Origin: Proteromonas lacertae
Taxonomy: Eukaryota
Direction of reading: 5' to 3'
NCBI GenBank assembly: GCA_002245135.1
Contig: NGBS01000302.1
Span: forward strand, 124,001-167,017
Length of the DNA stretch: 43,017 nt
Shown piece after piece: positions 21,386 through 34,500 of the stretch. Position 1 is the first letter of the stretch. Every line of letters begins with the position of its first letter. A program made the position numbers and the translations under genes. The notes beneath the pieces were generated by a model that was not told where the DNA came from, ran no database searches, and saw nothing but the letters and a program-made list of their open reading frames with translations.

Positions 21386-22637
21386 ATGATTCAGACATCC
21401 CTTACCAAATTCTGTTAATGTAGAACTTCCTACCTACTATTCAATCGAAAATAATATCATTTCTCCATCAAATTTGGCCAAAATAAGTATACCTGAAGAA
21501 CCACAAAAATCATCAAGTTATGACACTTCTACAATCAATACTTTAAAGTTACATGTTAAGAGTAATTTAGTAATAACCACCCCTCCAGCATTAATGATAT
21601 CTACATCTGACACATACAAAAGATTAACCACAAAATCATCAGCCTCAAATATGTTAATTGGGTATGCAAAGAGAAAATCAGGCCACATACCTATAGTAAC
21701 ACCTCCATTTACTCCAACTAGTCGCTCTAATTTACCAATAATGCCTATAACACCTACAGCTGCTCAACTTTCTTCAGAAGTGCAAAGTCCATTCATACGA
21801 AGAATGTGTGACTGTTACAGATTCTGAACATTTATTTGATTTTAATTTTACAAGTCCTGTTTGTACATCATCTCAGAGAGACAAAAAGAATATGGCAGCA
21901 ATAAAAATACAAAAAACGTTTAGATCTTGGGTTGTAAGGTTGAAATATAGAATAGAAGAACAAAAAAGAATTGTATATATAAATTAAGCACATATATATT
22001 TATTAAATAGAATACTTTCTTCACAGTTTGTAGAGAATGTATTAATGTTGAAGAAATTAACTTTAAATACCTAAAAGAAATGTGTCCCTGTGCTTATCAG
22101 AAAGTATACAAAGTAAATGAACAATTATTATTGCGAATAAAGAAACAATTCATTGAAGCAAAGGAAGAATCAGAAAAAGAAGAGTTATTCTACTTTTTCT
22201 TTAAAATATGTAATTCTTCAGATGAAGATGATTATATATCACATAGACTGTCAGAATTACTGTTTGTTAGTTTTACTGATGTGAAAATCTCTTCCAAGAA
22301 ATTATATCAGAAATTCCATGAAATTGATCCACATTATCACAATAAATTGAAATGTAAAGATTTATTTAATTTATATACGAATCTTTGTAAAGAGAAGAAT
22401 TCAGTAGGTGATATGATAACATCTTCTTTTAGGAAGTGTATTCCTTCTAAGAACAGAATATGTAGGACTTTTGTTGATCATTTTATAAAAATGAGAATTG
22501 AAAGTTTCAGTCTAATGACCAATGGGGGAAAGTATCTCATTTGCAATTCAGGAAAGTTTGCATGTAATAAATGTCACAGTTTTGTTGGTAATTCTATCTT
22601 ACAGTTGGCCAAACACAAAAGATTGTGTAATTGTTAG
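21386..22637 (+). CDS. Divergent IQ / EF-hand / CCHC Zn-finger family member, copy 8
   Basis: AAIKIQKTFRSW, FHEIDPHYHNKLKCKDLF, CNKC-x13-HKRLC. Intron 21973-22010 sits at the family position. Frameshifts ~21400 and ~21810. Confidence 0.7.
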
Positions 22638-22721
22638 TATATTCCATTTTTCTCAAAGCTTTTATGAATAATAGTTATTTATAATATATAATATTTTTTG
22701 TGATTTTTTGTTACAAAAAAC

Positions 22722-24388
22722 ATATTCGTTACATTTTGACACACAATTAAAAGAATGAAATATATTTCTTTATTTCTCATCGTATTTGTATCTGTTTCAT
22801 TGGCCGTTCCTCCTGCTTCTGAATTGAAGGTACATATATGGCCTGAGCCAAAAGAAATGAAAAGTGGTGATAAAACTGTTTATATCGACCATAAATCTTT
22901 CAAATTCGAGACATCTTGTATTGGTGATGATGTGAGAGACGCAATTAAACGGTATTATTTAGATATAATGATGTTATAGATATACAGAGTTGTTTTTCTA
23001 CAGTGAAGCTGAAGTAAATGATCATGATGGTATTAGACTATGTAAGATAAAGTGTGTTGAATGAGAATGCTAGTTTAGTTCATGGAGTAGATGAAAGTTA
23101 CAGTTTATCAGTATCTGAAGATAATTCTCCAATAATAATAAGTGCCAATACTCAATTTGGATTATACCATGCATTGGAGACGTTGAGTCAAATGATAGTA
23201 TATGATTATGATGAAAGAGTGTATTTAATAACTGGAGCTCCCTATTCAATATCTGATTCCCCTGCTTATCCTTATCGATTATTGATGATCGATACAAGTC
23301 GTCACTTCTTACCCTTAAGATTTCTATATAAGATTATAGACAGTTTAACTTACAACAAATTGAATGTATTACATTGGCATTTGACTGATCATGAATCTTG
23401 GCCAATCGAGATCAAATCTAAACCTGAATTATGGAAATCATCTTTTACAAAATATGAAAGATATAGTCAAGTTGAAATTCGAAAAGTGATAGAATATGGA
23501 AGAAAACGAGGAATTCGAGTAATTGCTGAGATAGATACACCTGGTCATGCATCAGCATTTTGTACTGGATGTATATATATATAAATAAATATTTATTTAT
23601 GAATGATTTGAAATAGATCCTGAAGTTTGTCCATCTGCAACTTGTCATTCTCCATTAGATCCAACCAAAAATGCCACATTTGAAATTTTAGAATCAATCT
23701 GGAATGAATTATTAAATGAGAAAGATGGAATGTTCTTTGATAAATATTTCCATGTAGGTGGAGATGAAGTAGATATGAGTTGTTGGAATAAAGCTGATCA
23801 AATAATTGAATGGAAGAAAGAACATAACTATACCAATAAAGATGTTTACAAATACATGATTGACAAAGTGAGTGAATTATCATTGAAATATAATAAAAAG
23901 CCAATCGTTTGGGAAGAAGTATATAATAATTTTGGTAAATCAATGATAAAAGATACAATAGTTCATGTTTGGTTAGGAAATGCCAACAAATTAAAATCTA
24001 TAGTAAATGATGGATATTATGGAATATTGAGTGGAGTTAACCCATGGTACTTGCCTCAAAAGTATGGTTGGAAAAAGATATATAATGTTACAATCGATCG
24101 AAAATATCGATGAAGATAAAGCGACATTTAGTATTAGGAGGTGGAAATGCGATGTGGGGTGAATGGGTTGATTTATCTGATTTTATGTTTACGGTTTATC
24201 CTCGTACATCAGCTGGAGCTGAAAGATTATGGACTCCAAAGAATAAATTAGATATAAATAAAGCTGAAAATCGATTACATTGGTTCCGAGGTTTATTACA
24301 TCGACGAGGTATAGAATGTGAGATAGTAAAAGCTGATGAAGGAAGAATAACTCCTCCTGGTCCAGGAAGTATATATGGCCAATAAGAA
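22722..24388 (+). repeat. Tandem duplication unit 1 (hexosaminidase gene)
   Basis: Near-identical to 24641-26305, from 33 nt before the ATG to 3 nt after the stop. Confidence 0.95.
22755..24385 (+). CDS. Beta-N-acetylhexosaminidase (GH20), copy 1, with three apparent +1 insertions
   Basis: Signal peptide, IWPEP, GVDESY, IDTSRHF, NVLHWHLTD, EIDTPGH, catalytic HVGGDE, MWGEWVD, AERLW. Introns 22952-22979 and 23571-23616. Confidence 0.9.
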
Positions 24389-24640
24389 CATCTTGTCCTT
24401 TATTCTTTGTGTTTATGTTGATTTTTTTTTTGATTTTATTAAATTCAATCTTATTATCATAACATATTGAATTTCAATGAATTATTTAATTATATAAGTC
24501 AAAAGAACACAATAATTCTACAAAATAAAAAAACACATTACAAAATGATATAATGTTCTTTGTGGTTCTATTTAATAGTTGGGCAAAAAACAAAAAACGC
24601 TCATTACTCTTATTTATCGCTTTTTATAATTTTCTTAAAA

Positions 24641-26305
24641 ATATTCGTTACATTTTGACACACAATTAAAAGAATGAAATATATTTCTTTATTTCTCATC
24701 GTATTTGTATCTGTTTCATTGGCCGTTCCTCCTGCTTCTGAATTGAAGGTACATATATGGCCTGAGCCAAAAGAAATGAAAAGTGGTGATAAAACTGTTT
24801 ATATCGACCATAAATCTTTCAAATTCGAGACATCTTGTATTGGTGATGATGTGAGAGACGCAATTAGACGGTATTATTTAGATATAATGATGTTATAGAT
24901 ATACAGAGTTGTTTTTCTACAGTGAAGCTGAAGTAAATGATCATGATGGTATTAGATTATGTAAGATAAATGTGTTGAATGAGAATGCTAGTTTAGTTCA
25001 TGGAGTAGATGAAAGTTACAGTTTATCAGTATCTGAAGATAATTCTCCAATAATAATAAGTGCCAGTACTCAATTTGGATTATACCATGCATTGGAGACG
25101 TTGAGTCAAATGATAGTATATGATTATGATGAAAGAGTGTATTTAATAACTGGAGCTCCCTATTCAATATCTGATTCCCCTGCTTATCCTTATCGATTAT
25201 TGATGATCGATACAAGTCGTCACTTCTTACCCTTAAGATTTCTATATAAGATTATAGACAGTTTAACTTACAACAAATTGAATGTATTACATTGGCATTT
25301 GACTGATCATGAATCTTGGCCAATCGAGATCAAATCTAAACCTGAATTATGGAAATCATCTTTTACAAAATATGAAAGATATAGTCAAGTTGAAATTCGA
25401 AAAGTGATAGAATATGGAAGAAAACGAGGAATTCGAGTAATTGCTGAGATAGATACACCTGGTCATGCATCAGCATTTTGTACTGGATGTATATATATAT
25501 AATATAAATATTTATTTATGAATGATTTGAAATAGATCCTGAAGTTTGTCCATCTGCAACTTGTCATTCTCCATTAGATCCAACCAAAAATGCCACATTT
25601 GAAATTTTAGAATCAATCTGGAATGAATTATTAAATGAGAAAGATGGAATGTTCTTTGATAAATATTTCCATGTAGGTGGAGATGAAGTAGATATGAGTT
25701 GTTGGAATAAAGCTGATCAAATAATTGAATGGAAGAAAGAACATAACTATACCAATAAAGATGTTTACAAATACATGATTGACAAAGTGAGTGAATTATC
25801 ATTGAAATACAATAAAAAGCCAATCGTTTGGGAAGAAGTATATAATAATTTTGGTAAATCAATGATAAAAGATACAATAGTTCATGTTTGGTTAGGAAAT
25901 GCCAACAAATTAAAATCTATAGTAAATGATGGATATTATGGAATATTAAGTGGTGCAAATCCTTGGTATTTACCTAGAAAATATAGTTGGAAGAATATTT
26001 ATAATGTTACAATCGACGAAAATATCGATGAAGATAAACGACATTTAGTATTAGGAGGTGGAAATGCAATGTGGGGTGAATGGGTTGATTTATCTGATTT
26101 TATGTTTACGGTTTATCCTCGTACATCAGCTGGAGCTGAAAGATTATGGACTCCAAAGAATAAATTAGATATAAACAAAGCTGAAAATCGATTACATTGG
26201 TTCCGAGGTTTATTACATCGACGAGGTATAGAATGTGAGATAGTAAAAGCTGATGAAGGAAGAATAACTCCTCCTGGTCCAGGAAGTATATATGGCCAAT
26301 AAGAA
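24641..26305 (+). repeat. Tandem duplication unit 2 (hexosaminidase gene)
   Basis: Near-identical to 22722-24388. Confidence 0.95.
24674..26302 (+). CDS. Beta-N-acetylhexosaminidase (GH20), copy 2, intact
   Basis: Same motifs as copy 1. Introns 24871-24898 and 25489-25535 give a continuous frame. Confidence 0.95.
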
Positions 26306-26434
26306 TATCTTATACTTCTTTGATATGCTGTTATAATAATATGTTGTTTTAGATTTTACAAAATAATAAATGAAAATAAAATGAAAATTGATCATATATT
26401 TACAAAACACTAAATTACTTTAGTTACTTACTTT

Positions 26435-28677
26435 TTAATAGGATTTAATCACTTTTACATGTCCATTATTGGTAATAGCAATTATTGTATTACATAATTT
26501 CTGTTTATTTGTATTTTCATCACTTTCAACTTCATTCTCTTCTTCACTTCCTGAATATGGAATGTAATTACTATTCCAATACTGTAAACTCTATATACAA
26601 TAAAATAAAAATATACATTATCAGGTACAAACATAGCTTGACTAATTGGATCATTAATATCAAAAGATTCAAATGAATAATTTCTATTTGTTGCACACAT
26701 TCTAAAACAATTACTATAACCATTTGATATTTCAGGTTTTGTATTTAATATCAATACAGTATTAGTATTAGATGCAGAAATTACATATTTCATATTATTA
26801 TTGAATGTAGAGATAAAGGTATTATAATGCTGTTGTAATTGTAAAAGATGTGGAGTTGACATTAAATTTGTATTTCTATTCATCATTTCATTAGGAATTT
26901 TCACCAAATTTTTAAATTGATATAATAATTTATAATCTGTCATATCATAACATCTTATTAGGTTATCAATTGTTGATATTAACATACAATAACGACTAAT
27001 AGACTGGAAGAATGATATTCCTATTACATCTTCATTATCCTCTTTCTTACTCTTCTTCTTCTTCTTTTTAATTTCTGGATATTCTATTCGTGTTACATAC
27101 TTTAGATTTTGTGACATATAAATCAATACATCACCATTCTTTAATCCAATGCAACACATTTTACCATTTTTAGTATATTTACAATAAGTAATCATATTAG
27201 GTAGTTGAATCCAATGAATTGTTATTGCATCTGGCAATTGCCAAAGTTTCAAAGTTCCATCTATACTTCCTGATATAAAATATTGATCTTCATTCGGTTG
27301 AAAATCTAAACATATATTCAATATATTTGATCGAAAAGTGTGTAAACAATTAGGAAGTTTTATATTCCATAGTTTCATTGTATTATCTTTACTGGATGAT
27401 AACAGAAATAGACTATGACTCCAACTGATTGAGATTATTGTTCCAGTATGACCAGTATAAACTCTAGTTGGATTACTATCATAGAATAATTGTGAATTAT
27501 TATTTTCATTATTATTTTTTAATATTGAAAATACATAAATTACACTATTCTGACAGCCAAAGGCAGTATAATGACCATCTTCTGAAAATGACATACAAGT
27601 TATTGAACCATCTAATATCTCTAAATCTTGAATGATTTTCATATTATTAAACTCTTTATGACTTTTATTGTTTGATTTATAATTCCTAATACACTTTGAT
27701 AGATTCTCACTATCAGTATTTTCTATTATTGTTGAACTACGTTGTCTTATTAATGTTCTATTATTATTATAATTTCTCATCGTATTATTATTATTATTAT
27801 CTTCATTATTCAATTCTTGTTCACTTCCACCACTTGCACTTGTCGTTCTTATTGAATTTTTATCTTCATTTATTGTATTTACTGCATTTATATTGTTCAT
27901 ATTGGCACTTCTTGGAGTTGGCAGAGGAAAATTGTTAGATAATGAAATTGATGTTTTATGTGCATTTGTAGTAACATAATCAATCATTTCTACTGATTTA
28001 ACTCTGTCATTGAAATTAAAGTAGTTTTTATTACTGTTATTACTGTCAAATGTGTTAGACATAGGTAATGAGATATCTAATGATTTTTGAGTGACAATTT
28101 TTGCATCTACAGAGGAAGAACGTGTTCTATTCCTTACTGATAATGGCTCAAATATATTATGAGAAATATTGATGGATCTGTTGAGAGGAAGTTGAAAATG
28201 TTGAGATGTTGCTGAACTGAATGATTCTAATTGATCTGCATTGGTTGGTTCTCTTTTTCTTAGTAATAAAGGATGAACAGGTTTAACTAAATTCTTCGGT
28301 TCTTCAGAATTTGTCACAATTCCAGGAATTGTGATTTCAATTTGACCTTCTTCAACAGGTGATGATTCTGAAGATATTGGCGTTTTTGTGTCAGTTGAAT
28401 TAGTAATTGACTTAGTGGAGGATGAAATGATTGGTTTGTTTACACTAGATATTGATCGATTCACTCTACTTTTTGGTAATGAAGGAATTGTCTAGATGTT
28501 TTATTAATATTAATAATATACAGTTGAAGATGTCATTTCTTTGATTTGTGGATTTTCTTCTTTTTCAGTAGAATGTATATTGGCATCTGAATCCTCTATT
28601 TCATTTTCTTCCTCCGTTACTATTGGTGTACTGTTATTCTTTAAAGGATCTTGTATATCTGTTGTACAAGTGCTCAT
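26435..28677 (-). CDS. WDR44: WDR44 (rabphilin-11)-like WD40 protein
   Basis: YTGHTGTIISISWS..FLLSSSKDNTMKLW..CLHTF..FQPNEDQYFISGSIDGTLKLW matches the WDR44 pattern. Low-complexity N-terminus. Introns ~28492-28520 and 26591-26616. Confidence 0.75.
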
Positions 28678-28955
28678 TAGAATATATATTGAAAAATGAG
28701 TGAATTAATAAATAAAATATTGGTAACAGAATGTAGAAGAAAACAGGAAACTTAAAATTCTTTCTAAGAAATTATTGAAACGATTATATTTTTATTAACA
28801 ACCCAAAAGGTTGGACAAAATCATTTCGCACATTTATATCATAAATAAGCTACAATAAGTAAAATACCCTACTTATTGTTAATAATAACACATATACTGA
28901 TGAATTAAGCCATAAAATTTCTTTTCAATTTTAACGACTCTTTTTTCAATAATAA

Positions 28956-29779
28956 ATGGAACTAAAAGTTCTTTTATCAATAGCTGCTGTTATTATTATC
29001 TTCATAATTTTTCTATCTATCATTGTATGATGCCAAATGTTATGTTTAGCTATTCTCAGACTCTACTCTTAACGGAATTCAAAGAGAGCTTCAGGATTGG
29101 AGAGATTACAATGAAGATCATTTATTAAATTCAATACAACGTTTATTAAGATATTTAAATTCAAAGTATGACAGATTGTTATTCAAATTTGGTCTAGATC
29201 AATAAATGAGAGTGATAATCCTCTTCATTTGGATTGTATAAACAATATAACACAAATAATAACCAAGTATACATATAATGAAGATATTCAACTTTGGTCT
29301 TTAAGTTGTTTTAAAATCTACCTCAAAAGTGAATTATTGTCTGGATATATATTAGATGTATCAATAATGCAAGATCATTTTATTTATCTAATTGAAAGTA
29401 TTTTTTCTATTTAATTATCATTAATAGCTTATCCTGATAATCAAGAATTAATGTCAATAGTCGTTTATTTGTTAGGAAGAGTAATTGATAGAAAAGAAGA
29501 TATTCATATTGGTATAACTCCCACAATCGTTGATAAAATTTATTTTAAATCTTTTATTTGTTTAGTGATCATCCTTTTATTATTAGATATGGAATAACTA
29601 TACTGTATGTTTGTCTAAGAACTGAAAATGATAAAGAAAAAAGAAGACAGTATTTATCTCCTGAATTAAAATCTAAGGTGAGGAAATTAATGTTAGCTAA
29701 TCCTCTCGATGAGTTTAAATTATACTCTACAATGTTTGATGATGATGATGATGATGATGATGTTAATGATAATAAATAA
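28956..29779 (+). CDS. Uncharacterised N-terminally membrane-anchored helical (ARM-like) protein with a poly-Asp tail
   Basis: MELKVLLSIAAVIIIFIIFLSII, then short introns linking ORFs 29229 and 29558; ends MFDDDDDDDDVNDNK. Confidence 0.55.
29738..29761 (+). repeat. (GAT)8 coding microsatellite
   Basis: Direct inspection. Confidence 0.9.
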
Positions 29780-29917
29780 CTATAAATTAATAAATTATGT
29801 TTAATTTTGGTTAGTTCAGGATTAAAACACACACACACAATAATATAGTAATGTAATATACTTATATACATAAACATATATAAATAAAATGCTATAAATA
29901 ATAACTCACATAATAAA

Positions 29918-31376
29918 TCAACTATTTGTTGGAACAATTTTCACACCTTGAAAAATAGGAATAGCTCTTGATTTCATAATAGTCGCATTAGTGGAATCTC
30001 TAAAACTCGAACCAACAGGAGATACTGAAACAGATGTTTTATTTTTACTAGTATTATTAGAATTAGCTAATGTATTAATAGCTGTATTTTCTTCAGTAGT
30101 TGTACTACTTGTATAATTATATTCATCTTCATCATTATAATTATTACTCAAACTATTTGCATCTTTTAAACTATTACTATGGTTTATACTTACAGATACA
30201 CTTGTAGAATCACGATTTACATTTGTATTGTTACTGATATTATTATTATAACTAAATCTATTAACACCACCACCATTATCTTCATTTCCTATTGTTCTTT
30301 TGGTGTTATTATTACGCAATGAATGAGATAATGGAGAAGTTGAACTACGTCTATCTACACGATTTCCAACTGTAAATAACTTGGGAAATGAATAACTTTC
30401 ACCATCGATTTGAATAGATTTGATTCTCAAGCTTTGAGCTCTAGCACTATATTGTAAACCATATTTTGTCCTTAATAACGATATTACTGTATTTAGACTT
30501 TCACCTACAAATGTTGGGAAATAATCACAATAATATGGATCTGGTTGATTTTTTATTAAATTATTCAATTTCTTAAAACAGGAGGTTGTTTTTGGAAAAT
30601 ATAATTTCTTAATAATATCACGACTGAAATACAAATGACCTGTATTTCGATAGAATTTATAACGTGTTTGGATTTCTTGTATTTTATTCACACTAAATAT
30701 ATGATTGGATATTTTGTGTTTTAATAATATAATTGGATTGATTAATGATGGATAATGATTGATGAATTGGATTAAATCATTTATATCAATTTTACCATCC
30801 ATATTATGTGGACATTTTGATATAAAATCATTTAATGTGTTTAAATTATCACTATCTATTCCGATTATGTTAAAAAATATTAATAATTTGGATGGAGGAA
30901 TTGCGATTGAATAATGTAAATTACAGCAGGATAATAGGATTAGTACTAGATCATCCATTTCTAATAAACCGAATGATACTATGAATTGGAAGAAAATATT
31001 GTAAGTTACATCCACGTTTTGATTATTCTCACGAAAAAATAAATTGTAAATCTCATGTGGTGGAATATGTAGATAGTTGTAAATAGAAAAGGGAGGAAGT
31101 TTAGTTATACCTTCACTTTTACATATCGATATAAAAGAATTTTGTACTAGAAACACTTCATAGTGATTTACTAGTATATTCAATAATATTAAATATAATT
31201 ATACAAAATAGTACTTTGGCTAAATGCTCAGATAATACATTTAACTGCAATAATGGTCCATTCTTAAATCTCAGTTGCTTGTGAGGATTTACATATAATT
31301 TCATCTATATTCAATATATATTAATTACTTATACTAATTCATCAAATGGCATATTCTCATCATCATTCTCTGTCAT
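29918..31376 (-). CDS. Uncharacterised EF-hand-like protein with an Asn/Ser-rich tail, paralog of 892-2184
   Basis: ATG at 31376, two short 5' introns, EF-like MDGKIDINDLIQF, and PYYCDY...RTKYG. Confidence 0.7.
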
Positions 31377-31551
31377 TCTATTAAAAATTTTAGTCAATCG
31401 TTATTTTTTTCAAGCCATCACTCAAGCTTATTTTTTTAAATTTATATTCTAAATAAAGAAAAAATTATAATGATGTGAAATATAATGAGCATTAAATGGC
31501 AGAGTATAATTCATAATAAAAAAATCAAATACGAAGTTAATTACTCTTCAT

Positions 31552-34500
31552 CTAATGAAAGAACTTACCTCTAAATTCATATACAGAATATAATTCACTT
31601 ATAAATTTCACCATTATTTCATCCATTATTGGAACTGGCATTGTTAAATCATTGATTGAACCATCTTCAAATGGATATGGACACTTTTGTAAATCCCCTT
31701 TCTCTTTTATGATTGGATTACTCATTGAAGATATTACTTTGTCTAAATTATCAGGATTATAACTCCATAAATAATGAGGGAATAAATTCTTCATATTATC
31801 AACATATAAATTATATCCAACTCCCATTCCGATTATATTACAATCAGTTGATTTTATCACTTCTTTCAATCTTATCTTCATTTCTTTATTCATGACACAA
31901 TTATTGGTTAATACAAATACTATTGGACTATATGGTCTGGATGTACAAGTTGCTATTGAATATTGTAATGTTTCACATAAACAAGTCACTTCAATTGGAT
32001 GATCTTTACATGTTTCTACTATTTGATTTATTGAACTCATAATTATTGGACTCCAAGCATCAGTTGAGTTTAAACCTGTTCCTATTTTGTTTATTTGATC
32101 AGTTGCAATCCAAATATCTATGGCTGGAACATTCACTTCACATATTCCTCTTAATAAGGTATAAAATGTCTTTAATGTATGAGATATATTGATTGGACTC
32201 ATTGTAAATGAAGATGCATCTAATACTATTGATAAACTATAAGATCTTATCTTATTTCCTGTTTTCTTTTTGAATAATTTCCCATCACTTATTCCTGTTA
32301 TTATGAACTTTATGAAATTCTGAAAATGAATTGATGTTCCAGATACACTAGCTATCCATGTTGTTGGTTTGTTTGGAATTGTTAAAGAAGAATTCAATGG
32401 ATAAAATAACAAATTACTCTTTATATTCTCTGTCAAATATTTATGTAATACAACATTACCATTTCCATGACTTATGAAATCTAAATCTTTATCACCAACA
32501 GCTGGTAGTTTTATTGTATTTCCATGATATTTACTATCATCAATTAAAACTGCATATATATCTTTTTCTTTTACTTCATATAATCCTATTGCTATTGATT
32601 TTGAATTATCATTTATATTTGGATTGGATTGAGGTTTTATATCTTTTGGTATATTATATTCTATTACTCTTTCAGAATAGAAGAAAGGATATAATTTCAC
32701 AAAATATTTCATATCTTCAAAACATCTTTCATTATCAATCATTATATTGTTATTTGATGTAAAATTAGATTCTATATACTGATTTATCTTATTGGTATTT
32801 TCTGGTGATAATAATTCATCTTGATAATCATTATTTCCATTAATTCTCATCAAAAATAATACTTTCAAATTACTTCTTATGAAATTACATACATCATCAT
32901 TGGAAGTTAATAATTGTTCTGAAAAACAATCACTTACTATTATATACATATGATCATGGTTTGGATTATTTGTTGGTGTATCTTCAGGATATGAAAATAC
33001 ATCTAATGGAGTTGAAGGCATTTTCTCTACTCCTTCTAAATCAAATATTCGACTCATTTTTATATATAAATCTTCTTTATATTCAGCTATTGATATACAT
33101 TGACCATGTGATAATGATGCTAATATTTGGGTTGATATATTCAACTCTTTACAAATCAATAATAATATACATGCTGTTAATGATCTTAATCTGGCTTTGT
33201 ATTTCTTATGAGTAAATGATGTATCAATTATTATTGTCATTGTTTGAATCAGTTGTAATGGGTTTTCTCTCTTTGAATTTAGATTTCTTATTTCATTTGT
33301 CATATAATAAACATATTTCAATAATGATTTTCTATATTCTTTCATCATATTAGTATCAATTTCATTGATTAGTTTAAATTCTAATGATGGAATTCTATTC
33401 TCTTCTTCTTTCAATTTCATTATCTTTGTTGCATCTTTATCATTTCTTCTTTCATCTATTGATTTGAAATATTCATCTAATGTCATAGTTTTGAAATGTT
33501 TTAATATATCTCTTACATTCATATCTCTCAAATTTCCTTTCTGTCTTTCTACATATTCTTCATTCTGATGAATATCTAAATCATTTATTACTTCATTTCC
33601 TAATTCTCGTTTGTCTTTCCATATTAATGGATGATTTTGAGTGTTTATGTATTGAAGATTATCATTTACTAATTTGAATATACTATTCAAATAATCTTCT
33701 TTGTTAACTGATATATGATATAAATAGAAAATTATTTGATCTACTTTATCACTTACATCTTCATTATTTGATAGTTTTGATAAAAATATATTCTTTAAAC
33801 CATTAACATATTCTGTTAAACTATTCTTTTGTTGTATTTGATTTAATTTTTCATCTACATCAACTATATCTTTTGGCAAACCAACAATATCATTTAATGG
33901 AGATTCTTTATCAGGATTATATAATTCCCATTTTCCTTTTTTCTTAATAAATTTAAAACCTAATGGCTGGTTTAAATAATTAACATAATAAACAGAATAA
34001 TGATTATCAACTTCCATTTTAGAGGAATAATAACATCTATTGTGTTGTTTTGTATGTTTTCCTTTTTCATCAAACCATGTTAATTCAAATGGAGGATCAC
34101 CATATCTACATGTATAAATTAATCTATTTGGATGACTTAAATCAATTCCACATAGATAATTTGTGAAGAAAACATCGTCATATTCTTTCACTTCAAATTT
34201 CACTTTCATCTCAACTGATTTGTTTGGAATTGATATTTTTATTGGTATTTCTATTTTTCCTACTTCTGGATTATGAATCAATATTTCTAATTCACTTGAT
34301 GGTGTTATTCTAACATGACATTTCTTTGATTCAACAAATATATTGATGTTGGATGGATTGATTATTGGAATTGTTATAATTGGATTAGATCTGGATTTGA
34401 CTAATGGAGGTAATTCAATATAATCATCTTCAGGAAGAATAAATTCATGATCTTTGATATTCGTAATAAAAATTACATTTGCTAAATTCATTTTATCTTT

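Noticed and set aside
22755..24385. Hexosaminidase copy 1 as a pseudogene
   Set aside because: Catalytic motifs are intact, differences are mostly synonymous, and the insertions look like merged-allele artefacts.
29820..29900. (CA)n and AT-rich runs as telomeric or CRISPR-like repeats
   Set aside because: Short microsatellite in convergent 3' regions; no repeat-spacer periodicity anywhere in the window.
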